Sequence record: SRR22947727_934
Reading direction: 5' to 3' (one strand)
DNA: 36,241 nucleotides
The notes beneath the pieces are model-generated. The model ran no database searches. It was not told the origin of the DNA and saw only the letters and a program-made list of their open reading frames with translations. This document shows positions 27,567 through 36,241 of this stretch, piece after piece (positions within the stretch are counted from its first letter, which is position 1; every line of letters starts with the position of its first letter). The translations under genes were made by a program, and so were the position numbers.

Positions 27567-28622
27567 CTAGTTCGTTACTACGGTTTGCGCAAATGTTTTC
27601 TGCTCAGCCATCCAAGCGTCATACTCCTCTTGGGTTTCAACAATGATCTTCATTTGCATATTGTAGTGAGATTTTCCACATATTTTATTACACAATAAAA
27701 TGTAATCAAATTCCCATGGGTCAGAATTAGGTGCACCAATTTGTGCACGCTCTGCCCTAATAGTATTGGTGCGTTTAACCTTGTCTATCACATCTGGATC
27801 TTGTCTCATTTGTTCAGTGGTGTAGATAGGGGTATATGAAAACTGAGTAATCATCCCTGGAACACAGTTCATCTGAGCCCTAAAGTGAGGCATATAAGCA
27901 GAGTGTAAAACATCTTGAGAACGCATTTTAAAGTTCACTTTCCTTCCTACTGGTAAGTGAAGTTCTTTTACAATGACGTCATCTGAAGCATAGCTATCAG
28001 AAGTGTCCAGACCCAATACATTAATATTGTCAATATCTATTAAACGTACGTTAGCTTCTCCAAGCACATTGTCTTCTCCAGCATAACGAGCTGTCCAATT
28101 AAATTGTTGGGCGTATAATTCAACAACAATAGGGTCATCTTGGTCGTTAATATCCATAATGTTCACCCAGCTGTATAATCCCCAAAGAATTAAACCTGCC
28201 AAAACCACTACTGGAATCATGGTCCAGATGATCTCTAACTTATTATTGTCTGCATAATACAAAGCCTTTTGACCCTTTCTTCCTCTGTACTTGTAAGCGA
28301 AGTAATGAAGCAATGCTTGTGTAATGGTTTGAACAATAAAAATAATGATGAATGAGACCAGCATTAAATTATCGTAATCTGCCCCGTGTGCAGATGCTGC
28401 TTTTGGTAATAAGATCTTGGTATACTTATAAAAACTAAAGATGGTTATTCCGTAGATAAACACCAAGAAAGCGAACATAAGGTAACCGTTGTACTTATTG
28501 TCGTTGTCATTGGCAATCTGAGAAGCATCTTTCTTGATTTGAGACAACTCAAATATCTTGGTCATCTGCCATATGGCTATGGCTACTAAGACTAATACTC
28601 CTATGGTTAAAAATGCTGTCAT
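27567..28622 (-). CDS. ctaC: Cytochrome c oxidase subunit II (CuA), with no fused cytochrome c
   Basis: LEIIWTMIP, DVLHS and CNKICGKSHYNM (CuA ligands H240, C311, C315, H319, M322). Confidence 0.95.
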   Translation of the reverse strand: MTAFLTIGVLVLVAIAIWQMTKIFELSQIKKDASQIANDNDNKYNGYLMFAFLVFIYGITIFSFYKYTKILLPKAASAHGADYDNLMLVSFIIIFIVQTITQALLHYFAYKYRGRKGQKALYYADNNKLEIIWTMIPVVVLAGLILWGLYSWVNIMDINDQDDPIVVELYAQQFNWTARYAGEDNVLGEANVRLIDIDNINVLGLDTSDSYASDDVIVKELHLPVGRKVNFKMRSQDVLHSAYMPHFRAQMNCVPGMITQFSYTPIYTTEQMRQDPDVIDKVKRTNTIRAERAQIGAPNSDPWEFDYILLCNKICGKSHYNMQMKIIVETQEEYDAWMAEQKTFAQTVVTN

Positions 28623-28649
28623 TTTAATATGCTGTTTACGTAAATAATA

Positions 28650-30038
28650 TTAGTAATGAAAGTGCTTACTCTCTTCAATAAATGGGTTGCGCTTGGGTGT
28701 AATGGGTGCTTTTGTCAATGCGTTAAAGACCGTGTAAATAAACAAACCTGCAAAGAACAATACTGCACCTATTTCTGGAATACCAATAAACCACTGATCA
28801 CCTACTGCAGAGGGCATAATAGCATTAAATATATCTAAATAGTGACCTGCAAGAATCACTATTCCCGTCATGACAACAAACCAATTCACACGTTTAAAAT
28901 CACTGTTCATTAACAACAGTAATGGAAAAATAAAGTTCAGTGCTAACATCCCAAAGAAAGGCAGGTTGTAGTCCTGAATTCTAGTAACGTAATAAGTCAC
29001 TTCTTCCGGAATATTAGAGTACCATATAAGCATGAATTGAGAGAACCATAAATAAGTCCAGAAAACACTGATACCAAACATAAACTTGGCTAAATCATGA
29101 ATATGGCTGTCATTCACTTGCTCTAACAATCCTTTTGACTTGAGGTAAATAGTCACTAGCGCAATTACAGTAATTCCTGAGACAAACATAGAAGCAAAAA
29201 TATACCATCCAAAAAGTGTAGAGAACCAGTGTGGGTCAATACTCATAATCCAATCCCAAGACATCATAGATTCCGTCACCAGGTAGAATACCAAGAATGC
29301 TGCAGAAAGTCTGAAATTTTTCACAAAGTTAGTATTGTCTTCTGCGGCATCTTGTGCTAAAGATAATTTTCTAGAATACCACCTGTAAGCGATCCAGCCT
29401 GATAAGAAAAAGGTGGCTCTCGCTAAAAAGAATGGTCCGTTTAAGTAACCTATTTTTCCTTGGATGAGTTTGTCGTGTGCCACTACTTCAGGATCCATCC
29501 ATACAAATAAATGGTTCATGTGAGCTACAGAGGCTACTAAAATTAAGAATACAATGATTCCTCCAGGTACTAAATAAGCCGTAATCCCTTCCATGACTCT
29601 AAATAAGAGTGGAGACCATCCTGCCTGAGCAGCACGCTGTATGGCATAAAATGCCAACACCCCTAAAGCGATCATGAAGAAAAAGAAGGCCGCAACATAA
29701 AGGGCTGCCCAAGGCTTATTCTGTAATTGGTGTAATACATGTTCGTCATGCGCTGCACTGTGATCTTCACTGTGTGCTTCTGAGGCATGAGAATCTGAAG
29801 ATACTGCGTGATCGGTCATAGAAGCATGATCCTCGTCGTGAATTTCTGCGGCTTCATTTGAAATGGCATGATCTTCTGTTGCGTGTGCATCTCCATGGCC
29901 GTCTGTCTGAGCAGCCACTATAGCTTTGGCTTCTGCCACATTAGATGGGGCAGACATGAATCCAATAGCAATCCCTATTGCACCCACAGCCATTAGTATA
30001 AAAGAAGCTATCTTAAGTCTGTTTGAAAAAGTATACAT
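28650..30038 (-). CDS. actF: Alternative complex III membrane subunit ActF
   Basis: Polytopic NrfD-like protein with DWIMSIDPHWFSTLFGW, HDLAKFMF and FWTYLWFSQFMLIWYSNIPEE. Position after actE. Confidence 0.9.
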   Translation of the reverse strand: MYTFSNRLKIASFILMAVGAIGIAIGFMSAPSNVAEAKAIVAAQTDGHGDAHATEDHAISNEAAEIHDEDHASMTDHAVSSDSHASEAHSEDHSAAHDEHVLHQLQNKPWAALYVAAFFFFMIALGVLAFYAIQRAAQAGWSPLLFRVMEGITAYLVPGGIIVFLILVASVAHMNHLFVWMDPEVVAHDKLIQGKIGYLNGPFFLARATFFLSGWIAYRWYSRKLSLAQDAAEDNTNFVKNFRLSAAFLVFYLVTESMMSWDWIMSIDPHWFSTLFGWYIFASMFVSGITVIALVTIYLKSKGLLEQVNDSHIHDLAKFMFGISVFWTYLWFSQFMLIWYSNIPEEVTYYVTRIQDYNLPFFGMLALNFIFPLLLLMNSDFKRVNWFVVMTGIVILAGHYLDIFNAIMPSAVGDQWFIGIPEIGAVLFFAGLFIYTVFNALTKAPITPKRNPFIEESKHFHY

Positions 30039-30054
30039 ACTGTCTGTCTTCGTA

Positions 30055-30615
30055 TTATTTAGTTAGATCTTGCTTTAATTTTATTACATACTCAGAAACT
30101 TTCCAACGCTCTTCAATATTTAATTGACCCGCATAAGAACCCATTGAGTTCAATCCATAATAAATAGTATGGTAAGTACTTCCCTCTGAAATGTTTCTAG
30201 CAGCGTCAGCATATGAAGGCACTCCTAATATTTTTTCTCGAGAAACCAAAGTTCCGTTTCCATCCCCTTTTTTACCATGACAAATGGCACAATACACATC
30301 GTAAAGCGCTTTGCCCTCTTTGAGATTCTCTTCGTGCATAGCAGAATCTAAAGGACTATTTTGGGCTCTTGCCAATTCCTTGTCTGCTAAGGTGTTTTCA
30401 AATTCGTAAGGCAACCAACCCCTGTGAATGGTATTCTCTGCAGGCAAACCTGCTTCCATATTAGAAGGTAAGAAATCTACTTGTTGGTAGGTCTCATAAC
30501 CTACAGATTCATACATATTTGGCATGTACTGGTAGTTTCTACTGTTCTTGTCTGAACAAGAAGCCAAAACTATCATAGATGCAAGGGCCAAAAAAGAATA
30601 TTTTAAATCACTCAT
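30055..30615 (-). CDS. actE: Alternative complex III monoheme cytochrome c lipoprotein ActE
   Basis: Lipobox LAS|C, YMPNM, single CAICH and distal Met in MGSY. ATG 30615 preferred over TTG 30627. Confidence 0.9.
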   Translation of the reverse strand: MSDLKYSFLALASMIVLASCSDKNSRNYQYMPNMYESVGYETYQQVDFLPSNMEAGLPAENTIHRGWLPYEFENTLADKELARAQNSPLDSAMHEENLKEGKALYDVYCAICHGKKGDGNGTLVSREKILGVPSYADAARNISEGSTYHTIYYGLNSMGSYAGQLNIEERWKVSEYVIKLKQDLTK

Positions 30616-30628
30616 AATATTTTGCAAT

Positions 30629-31150
30629 CTACTTTTGGGAAACTTTAATTTCTACTGGACCAGTCTCCGCCAATAAGGCGTAAAGATCTGCTTCATTATC
30701 ATGGATTTCAATTTCCATCAGGAAAAGGTCATCTGTAGTTCTAACATCAGGATTTTCTGCTTTTTTGAATGGCCATAACCTACTTCTCATATAAAAAGTA
30801 ATCACCATTAAGTGGGCCGCAAAAAAGACCGTAAGCTCAAACATAATTGGTACAAAGGCAGGCATGTTTTCTAAGTAAGAAAAACTAGGTTTACCCCCAA
30901 TATCTTGTGGCCAATCCTCAATCATGATGTAATTCATCATAGTGATGGAAACAGCCAAACCTACCAAACCATACATAAATGCAGTAATGGCCAATCTAGT
31001 TGGGGCTAAGCCCATAGCTTTGTCTAGTCCATGAACAGGAAAAGGACAATACACTTCTTCTATATGATACTTGGCAGCTTTCACTTTCTTAACGGCCAAC
31101 ATAAGCACGTCGTCATCGTTGTAAAGCGCCTGAATAACTTTATTTGCCAT
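30629..31150 (-). CDS. actD: Alternative complex III subunit ActD (DUF3341)
   Basis: PFPVHGLD, two TMs, DWPQDIGGKP and FVPIMFELTV. Confidence 0.9.
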   Translation of the reverse strand: MANKVIQALYNDDDVLMLAVKKVKAAKYHIEEVYCPFPVHGLDKAMGLAPTRLAITAFMYGLVGLAVSITMMNYIMIEDWPQDIGGKPSFSYLENMPAFVPIMFELTVFFAAHLMVITFYMRSRLWPFKKAENPDVRTTDDLFLMEIEIHDNEADLYALLAETGPVEIKVSQK

Positions 31151-31151
31151 A

Positions 31152-32588
31152 CTATTGATCCTTTTTAGTTTTAGACACTAAAGGGGTTACCTCGTAAAGT
31201 GGTTTCCCTGCATCTCTTAATTTCTTATACTTTTCTCCAGAAGATTTTAAAATAGTTTTCACTTCTGCCTGAGCAATTACCGGGAAGGTTCTTGCATACA
31301 AAAGGAATAATACAAAGAAGAATCCTATGGTTCCTATGAAAATACCAATATCTACGAATGTAGGAGAGAACATGGTCCAAGAAGACGGCAAGTAATCCCT
31401 GTGAAGAGAGGTTACAATAATCACAAAACGTTCAAACCACATTCCAATGTTTACTACAATAGAAATACCGAAGGAGAACATAATAGATGTTCTTAATCTT
31501 TTAGACCACATGAATTGTGGAGAGAAAACATTACAAGTCATCATGGCCCAATACGCCCATGCATAAGGTCCTGTGGCCCTGTTTAAGAAAGCGTATTGCT
31601 CATACTCCACTCCAGAGTACCACGCCATAAATAGCTCTGTAATATAAGCACAACCTACAATAGAACCTGTAATCATTATCACAATGTTCATGAGTTCAAT
31701 ATGCTGAACGGTAATATAAGCCTCTAGGTTAGACACTTTTCTCATAATAATAAGAAGGGTGTTTACCATGGCAAAACCAGAGAAAATTGCACCTGCAACA
31801 AAATATGGTGGGAAAATCGTGGTATGCCATCCTGGAATAACCGAAGTAGCAAAGTCAAAAGATACAATCGTGTGTACAGAAAGTACTAAAGGAGTTGCTA
31901 AACCAGCCAACACCAATGACACTTCTTCAAAGCGCTGCCAATCTTTAGCACGACCAGACCAACCAAAACTCAATAGGCTGTATATCTTTTTCTGGAATGG
32001 CTTTACTGCTCTATCGCGAATCATTGCAAAATCTGGTAATAAACCTGTCCACCAGAATACCAATGAAACAGATAAATAGGTAGAAATAGCAAATACGTCC
32101 CAAAGTAATGGCGAGTTAAAGTTTACCCATAAAGATCCAAATTGATTCGGAATAGGGAGTACCCAATAAGCCAACCATGGGCGACCCATGTGTATGATTG
32201 GGAATAAACCTGCTTGAATTACTGAGAAAATGGTCATGGCCTCTGCAGAACGGTTAATGGCCATACGCCATTTTTGCCTGAAGAGTAATAACACGGCTGA
32301 AATTAAGGTACCGGCATGGCCAATTCCTACCCACCAAACAAAGTTGGTAATATCCCAGGCCCAACCAACAGTCTTGTTCAGACCCCAGGTTCCAATCCCT
32401 GTAGAGACGGTGTAAATAATACAACCCAATCCCCATAAAAATGCTACTAGAGCAATTGAAAATGCGATCCACCATTGTTTGTTTGCAGTTCCCTCAACAG
32501 GAGCTACAATGTCTAAAGTTACATCGTGGTAACCTTTGTCTCCAACAACAAGTGGTTTTCGTATAGGTGCTTCGTAATGCGACGCCAT
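31152..32588 (-). CDS. actC: Alternative complex III quinol-oxidising subunit ActC (NrfD/PsrC family)
   Basis: WDITNFVWWVGIGHAGTLISA, RSAEAMT, HMGRPW, SPLLWD and PGWHTTIFPPYFVAGA. Confidence 0.94.
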   Translation of the reverse strand: MASHYEAPIRKPLVVGDKGYHDVTLDIVAPVEGTANKQWWIAFSIALVAFLWGLGCIIYTVSTGIGTWGLNKTVGWAWDITNFVWWVGIGHAGTLISAVLLLFRQKWRMAINRSAEAMTIFSVIQAGLFPIIHMGRPWLAYWVLPIPNQFGSLWVNFNSPLLWDVFAISTYLSVSLVFWWTGLLPDFAMIRDRAVKPFQKKIYSLLSFGWSGRAKDWQRFEEVSLVLAGLATPLVLSVHTIVSFDFATSVIPGWHTTIFPPYFVAGAIFSGFAMVNTLLIIMRKVSNLEAYITVQHIELMNIVIMITGSIVGCAYITELFMAWYSGVEYEQYAFLNRATGPYAWAYWAMMTCNVFSPQFMWSKRLRTSIMFSFGISIVVNIGMWFERFVIIVTSLHRDYLPSSWTMFSPTFVDIGIFIGTIGFFFVLFLLYARTFPVIAQAEVKTILKSSGEKYKKLRDAGKPLYEVTPLVSKTKKDQ

Positions 32589-32622
32589 AATTTATAGTAT
32601 AGTTATGTTCCTTTATTGTGTG

Positions 32623-35600
32623 TTATGCTTCTGTTGTGTTACGTACTTTTACGTGATAGATTACATTAGGCTTGGTCCCAACATGTTCTAATAAATGATA
32701 CATACGATCACTCTCTTTGAGTGTTGCCACCTTAGAATGCTTGTCATTAATATCTCCAAATGCCATTGCACCGTTTCCACAAGCTGCAGAGCAGGCGGTT
32801 TGGAATTCACCGTCTTTAATTTCACGACCATCTCTTTTAGCGTCTAGAATAGTTTTCTGTGTTTTTTGAATACACATAGAACATTTCTCCATAACACCAC
32901 GAGAGCGAACGTTAACATCTGGGTTAATGACCATCTTACCAAGGTCATTGTTCATGTGGTAGTCAAACTCGTCATTGTTATTGTACAAGAACCAGTTAAA
33001 ACGCCTCACTTTATAAGGACAGTTGTTGGCACAGTAGCGGGTACCCACACAACGGTTGTATGCCATGTGGTTTTGACCTTGCCTAGAGTGCGACGTTGCA
33101 GCCACAGGACATACCGTCTCACATGGTGCATGGTTACAGTGCTGACACATAACAGGCTGGAAGGCCACTTGAGGATTGGCAGACGGATCTTCCAACTCTC
33201 CAAAACCTCCTAGTGAACCGTTGTCTCCAGTAAGTCCGTCAAAATTATCTTTCTTCTCATTATCTCCTTCAAAAGTGTCTTCTGAAGAATAGTATCTGTC
33301 AATACGCAACCAGTGCATATCCCTAGATTTTCTGATTTCTTCTTTACCCACTACAGGCACGTTGTTTTCTGCATGACATGCAATCACACAAGCCCCACAT
33401 CCAGTACAGGCATTCAAATCAATAGACAGGTTAAAATGGTGTCCTATAGACCTGTCAAATGAATCCCATAAATCTACAGAAGTAGCCTCAACCTCCTGGT
33501 GGTCTAAAGACACCATGGGCTGTGGATTCCAATATTTTGCGTCTTTAGTATTAAAGACCTCTAGGGTTGTTTCTTTAATGATGTCACCACGTCCCATAAG
33601 GGTTTTGTGAAGTTGAACACAAGCAAACTCGTGCATACCTCCCTCTTTAGCAACAGAAACCTCCTGGGTTCTTGAAAAATCATTATACAAAGCAAAAGCA
33701 TTCACCCCTACTTGCATTTCTTCTTTTAGGCCTGCTGTCTTTCCATAACCTAAGGCCAAACCAATGGTTCCTGGCGCCTGACCTGGCTGAATAATTACAG
33801 GTACCTGAGATAAGGTAGCTCCATTGACTGTGAGACTAATGTAGCTTCCATTTAATCCACCATTAGCCACATTCTCATTAACAAGACCAAAACTAGCCGC
33901 GTCTGCTTTTGAAACGGTAGCATAATTATCCCAAGATACCCTTGTGATAGGGTCTGGAAACTCTTGTAGCCAAGGGTTGTTGGCTTCTTGGCCGTCACCC
34001 ATGCCAGTTTTAGCGTACAATACCAACTCCATTGTAGGAGCAGTTGCCGCTTTAAGCGCCTTAAGTTGTGCAGAAGCATCTATAGCAGAAACCATTTTGG
34101 TTGCCGCTGAAGCACCTACATACACACCATCATGAAGGGCCTTGTTCCATACAGAAGCGCCAAGAATAGTCGCCTCCCAATTGTTTTTAATATAGTCGTA
34201 ATATGTACCTTCTATTCCAGTCCACTTCATTAGTGCTGTTTGGAATTGTCTGGTGTCAAATAATTCTTTAATAGTAGGCTGTGTAAGGCTATAATGTCCT
34301 TTTTTAACCGCTACATCTCCCCAAGATTCCAGGTAATGTGATGCAGCTCCAACCCACTGAACAGATGCAGTGGTTTCATTAGGCATGGTAGAAAAAGCCA
34401 CCGTTGTGCCAACATTTGAAAGCGCTGCTTTAAATTCAGCTGCATTAGGTAAACTATACACAGGATTAACACCGTCTATCACCAATAACCCAACTCCACC
34501 AGCACTCATCTCTGCAACTAAAGACTGTAACGCCTTATCACTGCCACCGCGAACATAACGGGGTGCTTCCATATCGAAGGCAACACTTTCTAAAGAAGCG
34601 TTTAGATCCAATACCAAAGACTGGGCTTCTACACTGTCAATACCTGTTAATACCACAGCATTATCACCAGCTTTAACAACCGCTTTAGCAGCTGCTTTTA
34701 CAGTAGCCATTATGTTTTCAGGAAGTGCTACTGACGTAGCTCCTGTTGTTACAATTTCGTATAGTGCGGCCAAAGCCTGAGCTTGTTGTGCTGAATTAGA
34801 CGGCACTCTTTTGTCTGCAGCAGCACCTGAAAGCGTCATATTAGATTCAAACTGGAAATGCTGTGACATTTGGCCTGCACTTGGAATTCTGCCTTTGGCA
34901 TAACCTGTGTCAAAACCACCACCTTGCCAATCCCCTAGGAAATCTGCACCAAAAGATACAATCACAGATGCTTTCTCTAAATGATAATCTGCCAAAGCCC
35001 TTTCTCCTGTCACTGCCTCAAAAGCGTCCAGTGCAGCAGATTCAGAAATAGCGTCATAAACCACATGAGAAACTTGATCCTGCCCTTGCGCAAATTCAGC
35101 TACTAATTTAGACATGCTTGGGCTTGCATAGGTAGGGGTAAGAAATACCACTTTCTTACCACTGGCTTTAGCATTTGCTAATGCAGATACAACTGCAGCG
35201 TCTAAGTCTGACCATTCAGAAGGAGCACCATTGAATAATGGCCCTTGTAAACGAGCACTGTCATACAATGACAATATAGAGGCCTGAACCCTTGCATTGG
35301 CCGTTCCTTTAACCTGAGCATCTTTATTGTTTTCTACTTTTATAGGCCTTCCTTCTCTTGTCTTTACAAGAATAGAAGCAAAGTCAAATCCATTGGCAAT
35401 GGTGGTAGCATAAAAATTGGCTACACCAGGAATGATTTGCTCCGGCTGAACTACATAAGGAATAGACTTAATAACAGGACCCTCACAAGCAACCAATGAA
35501 GCTGCTGCAGTACTAAATCCTACATACTTTAAGAAATCTCTTCTATTGGTATTGGAGGTAGCCAGGGTTTGTTTGTCAGATAAAAATTCCCCTGTAGGGA

Positions 35601-35697
35601 TTTGCTCTACAAACTCGTTTTGTTTTAGCGTCTCAATCATGGCGTCGTTTGCAGAAAGCTCTGCTTCACTCTTCCAGTATTTTTTGTTTGATGACAT
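32623..35697 (-). CDS. actB: Alternative complex III subunit ActB (molybdopterin oxidoreductase-like domain fused to Fe-S domain)
   Basis: Tat motif NRRDFLK, lipobox LVA|C, REGRPIKVE, and Fe-S motifs CTGCGACVIAC, CQHCNHAPCETVC, CVGTRYCANNC and CSMC...CSAAC. Confidence 0.94.
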   Translation of the reverse strand: MSSNKKYWKSEAELSANDAMIETLKQNEFVEQIPTGEFLSDKQTLATSNTNRRDFLKYVGFSTAAASLVACEGPVIKSIPYVVQPEQIIPGVANFYATTIANGFDFASILVKTREGRPIKVENNKDAQVKGTANARVQASILSLYDSARLQGPLFNGAPSEWSDLDAAVVSALANAKASGKKVVFLTPTYASPSMSKLVAEFAQGQDQVSHVVYDAISESAALDAFEAVTGERALADYHLEKASVIVSFGADFLGDWQGGGFDTGYAKGRIPSAGQMSQHFQFESNMTLSGAAADKRVPSNSAQQAQALAALYEIVTTGATSVALPENIMATVKAAAKAVVKAGDNAVVLTGIDSVEAQSLVLDLNASLESVAFDMEAPRYVRGGSDKALQSLVAEMSAGGVGLLVIDGVNPVYSLPNAAEFKAALSNVGTTVAFSTMPNETTASVQWVGAASHYLESWGDVAVKKGHYSLTQPTIKELFDTRQFQTALMKWTGIEGTYYDYIKNNWEATILGASVWNKALHDGVYVGASAATKMVSAIDASAQLKALKAATAPTMELVLYAKTGMGDGQEANNPWLQEFPDPITRVSWDNYATVSKADAASFGLVNENVANGGLNGSYISLTVNGATLSQVPVIIQPGQAPGTIGLALGYGKTAGLKEEMQVGVNAFALYNDFSRTQEVSVAKEGGMHEFACVQLHKTLMGRGDIIKETTLEVFNTKDAKYWNPQPMVSLDHQEVEATSVDLWDSFDRSIGHHFNLSIDLNACTGCGACVIACHAENNVPVVGKEEIRKSRDMHWLRIDRYYSSEDTFEGDNEKKDNFDGLTGDNGSLGGFGELEDPSANPQVAFQPVMCQHCNHAPCETVCPVAATSHSRQGQNHMAYNRCVGTRYCANNCPYKVRRFNWFLYNNNDEFDYHMNNDLGKMVINPDVNVRSRGVMEKCSMCIQKTQKTILDAKRDGREIKDGEFQTACSAACGNGAMAFGDINDKHSKVATLKESDRMYHLLEHVGTKPNVIYHVKVRNTTEA

Positions 35698-35743
35698 AAT
35701 ATTATCTCTGTAATTAGCTTCTTTTTTTTCTAAATCTTAATTT

Positions 35744-36241
35744 CTAGTAGTGACACTTACCGCATTCTAAACCACCCATTTGGGCTGCAGTAAGTTTGTC
35801 TACACCATACTTCTGTGAAAGTGCCTCGTGAATTTTGTCGTAGTAAGCATTTCCTTCTACCTTCACATTAGTCTCTCTGTGACAGTCAATACACCAACCC
35901 ATAGTCAATGGACTGTACTGATACATGATCTCCATTTCCTCTACAGGACCATGACAAGTCTGACAAGCCACGCCAGCCACTGAAACGTGCTGCGAGTGAT
36001 TGAAATAGGCAAAGTCTGGAAGGTTATGAATTCTAACCCATTCTACAGGCTGGCTCTCCCCAGTGTATTGCTGGGTCTCTTCATCCCATCCAACCGCTTT
36101 GTATAGCTTTTTAATCTCCTTGGTATAAAACTCGTTGGTATAACCATTCGCCAAATCATCTTGAGTTGGTCCTTCTGGGTTACCTTTATACTCGTATATA
36201 GATTTGTGGCAGTTCATACACACATTCAAAGAAGGTATTCC
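35744..36241 (-). CDS. actA: Alternative complex III multiheme cytochrome c ActA, 3' part (5' end outside the window)
   Basis: The frame is open to the window edge (GIPSLNVCMNCH...). Four CxxCH motifs are visible (CMNCH, CQTCH, CIDCH, CGKCH), plus YFNHSQH and LTMGWC. Confidence 0.92.
   Translation of the reverse strand, partial: GIPSLNVCMNCHKSIYEYKGNPEGPTQDDLANGYTNEFYTKEIKKLYKAVGWDEETQQYTGESQPVEWVRIHNLPDFAYFNHSQHVSVAGVACQTCHGPVEEMEIMYQYSPLTMGWCIDCHRETNVKVEGNAYYDKIHEALSQKYGVDKLTAAQMGGLECGKCHY

Noticed and set aside
7787..34079. Short alternate-frame minus-strand ORFs (7787-8002, 14208-14432, 19388-19585, 21544-21738, 22588-22866, 32254-32475, 33006-33203, 33852-34079)
   Set aside because: They are nested in or largely overlap conserved genes and have no recognisable features. 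The host genes are intact, so there is no sign of frameshifting.
388..35051. Many plus-strand ORFs of 60-165 aa in the ORF track (e.g. 388-750, 7422-7820, 19816-20313, 25910-26290)
   Set aside because: All lie antisense to well-supported genes, have the Ser/Pro/Ile-rich composition typical of shadow frames, and show no motifs or promoters.
32623..35697. ActB as an active molybdoenzyme for anaerobic respiration
   Set aside because: In characterised ACIII complexes the molybdopterin-like domain carries no Mo cofactor, and the gene context is clearly ACIII.
1..36241. CRISPR arrays, tRNA/rRNA genes, IS elements, prophage or defence genes
   Set aside because: No spaced repeats, RNA-gene signatures, transposases or integrases are visible, and all intergenic gaps are under ~160 bp.

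Overview
AT-rich bacterial chromosomal DNA, almost certainly Bacteroidota/Flavobacteriaceae, judged from sprA, the alternative complex III operon, TAnnTTTG promoters, lack of Shine-Dalgarno sequences and signal peptides cleaved before Gln. All ~27 supported genes are on the minus strand. In transcription order (high to low coordinate): actA (partial)-actB-actC-actD-actE-actF (alternative complex III), then cytochrome c oxidase subunits II and I and a terminator; a GIN/DUF2807-like protein, ruvB, queG; a stand-alone sodium:solute symporter; maeB-ruvA-sprA (T9SS translocon); gcvH-vanZ-tonB; heme O synthase, two subunit III paralogs and subunit IV; a Cys-less Sco-like protein, Sco, DUF420 and a small QCAMC membrane protein; and a MacAB-type ABC exporter cluster running off the left edge. 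I see no RNA genes, mobile elements or CRISPR arrays. Most of the window is conserved housekeeping and respiratory DNA, and I cannot claim a wholly new system. The best candidate for something under-described is the four-gene oxidase assembly/copper module at 3389-5570, together with the non-canonical CuA domain and the His-rich segments in ActF and subunit I. All family assignments come from motif recognition and memory, not database searches.
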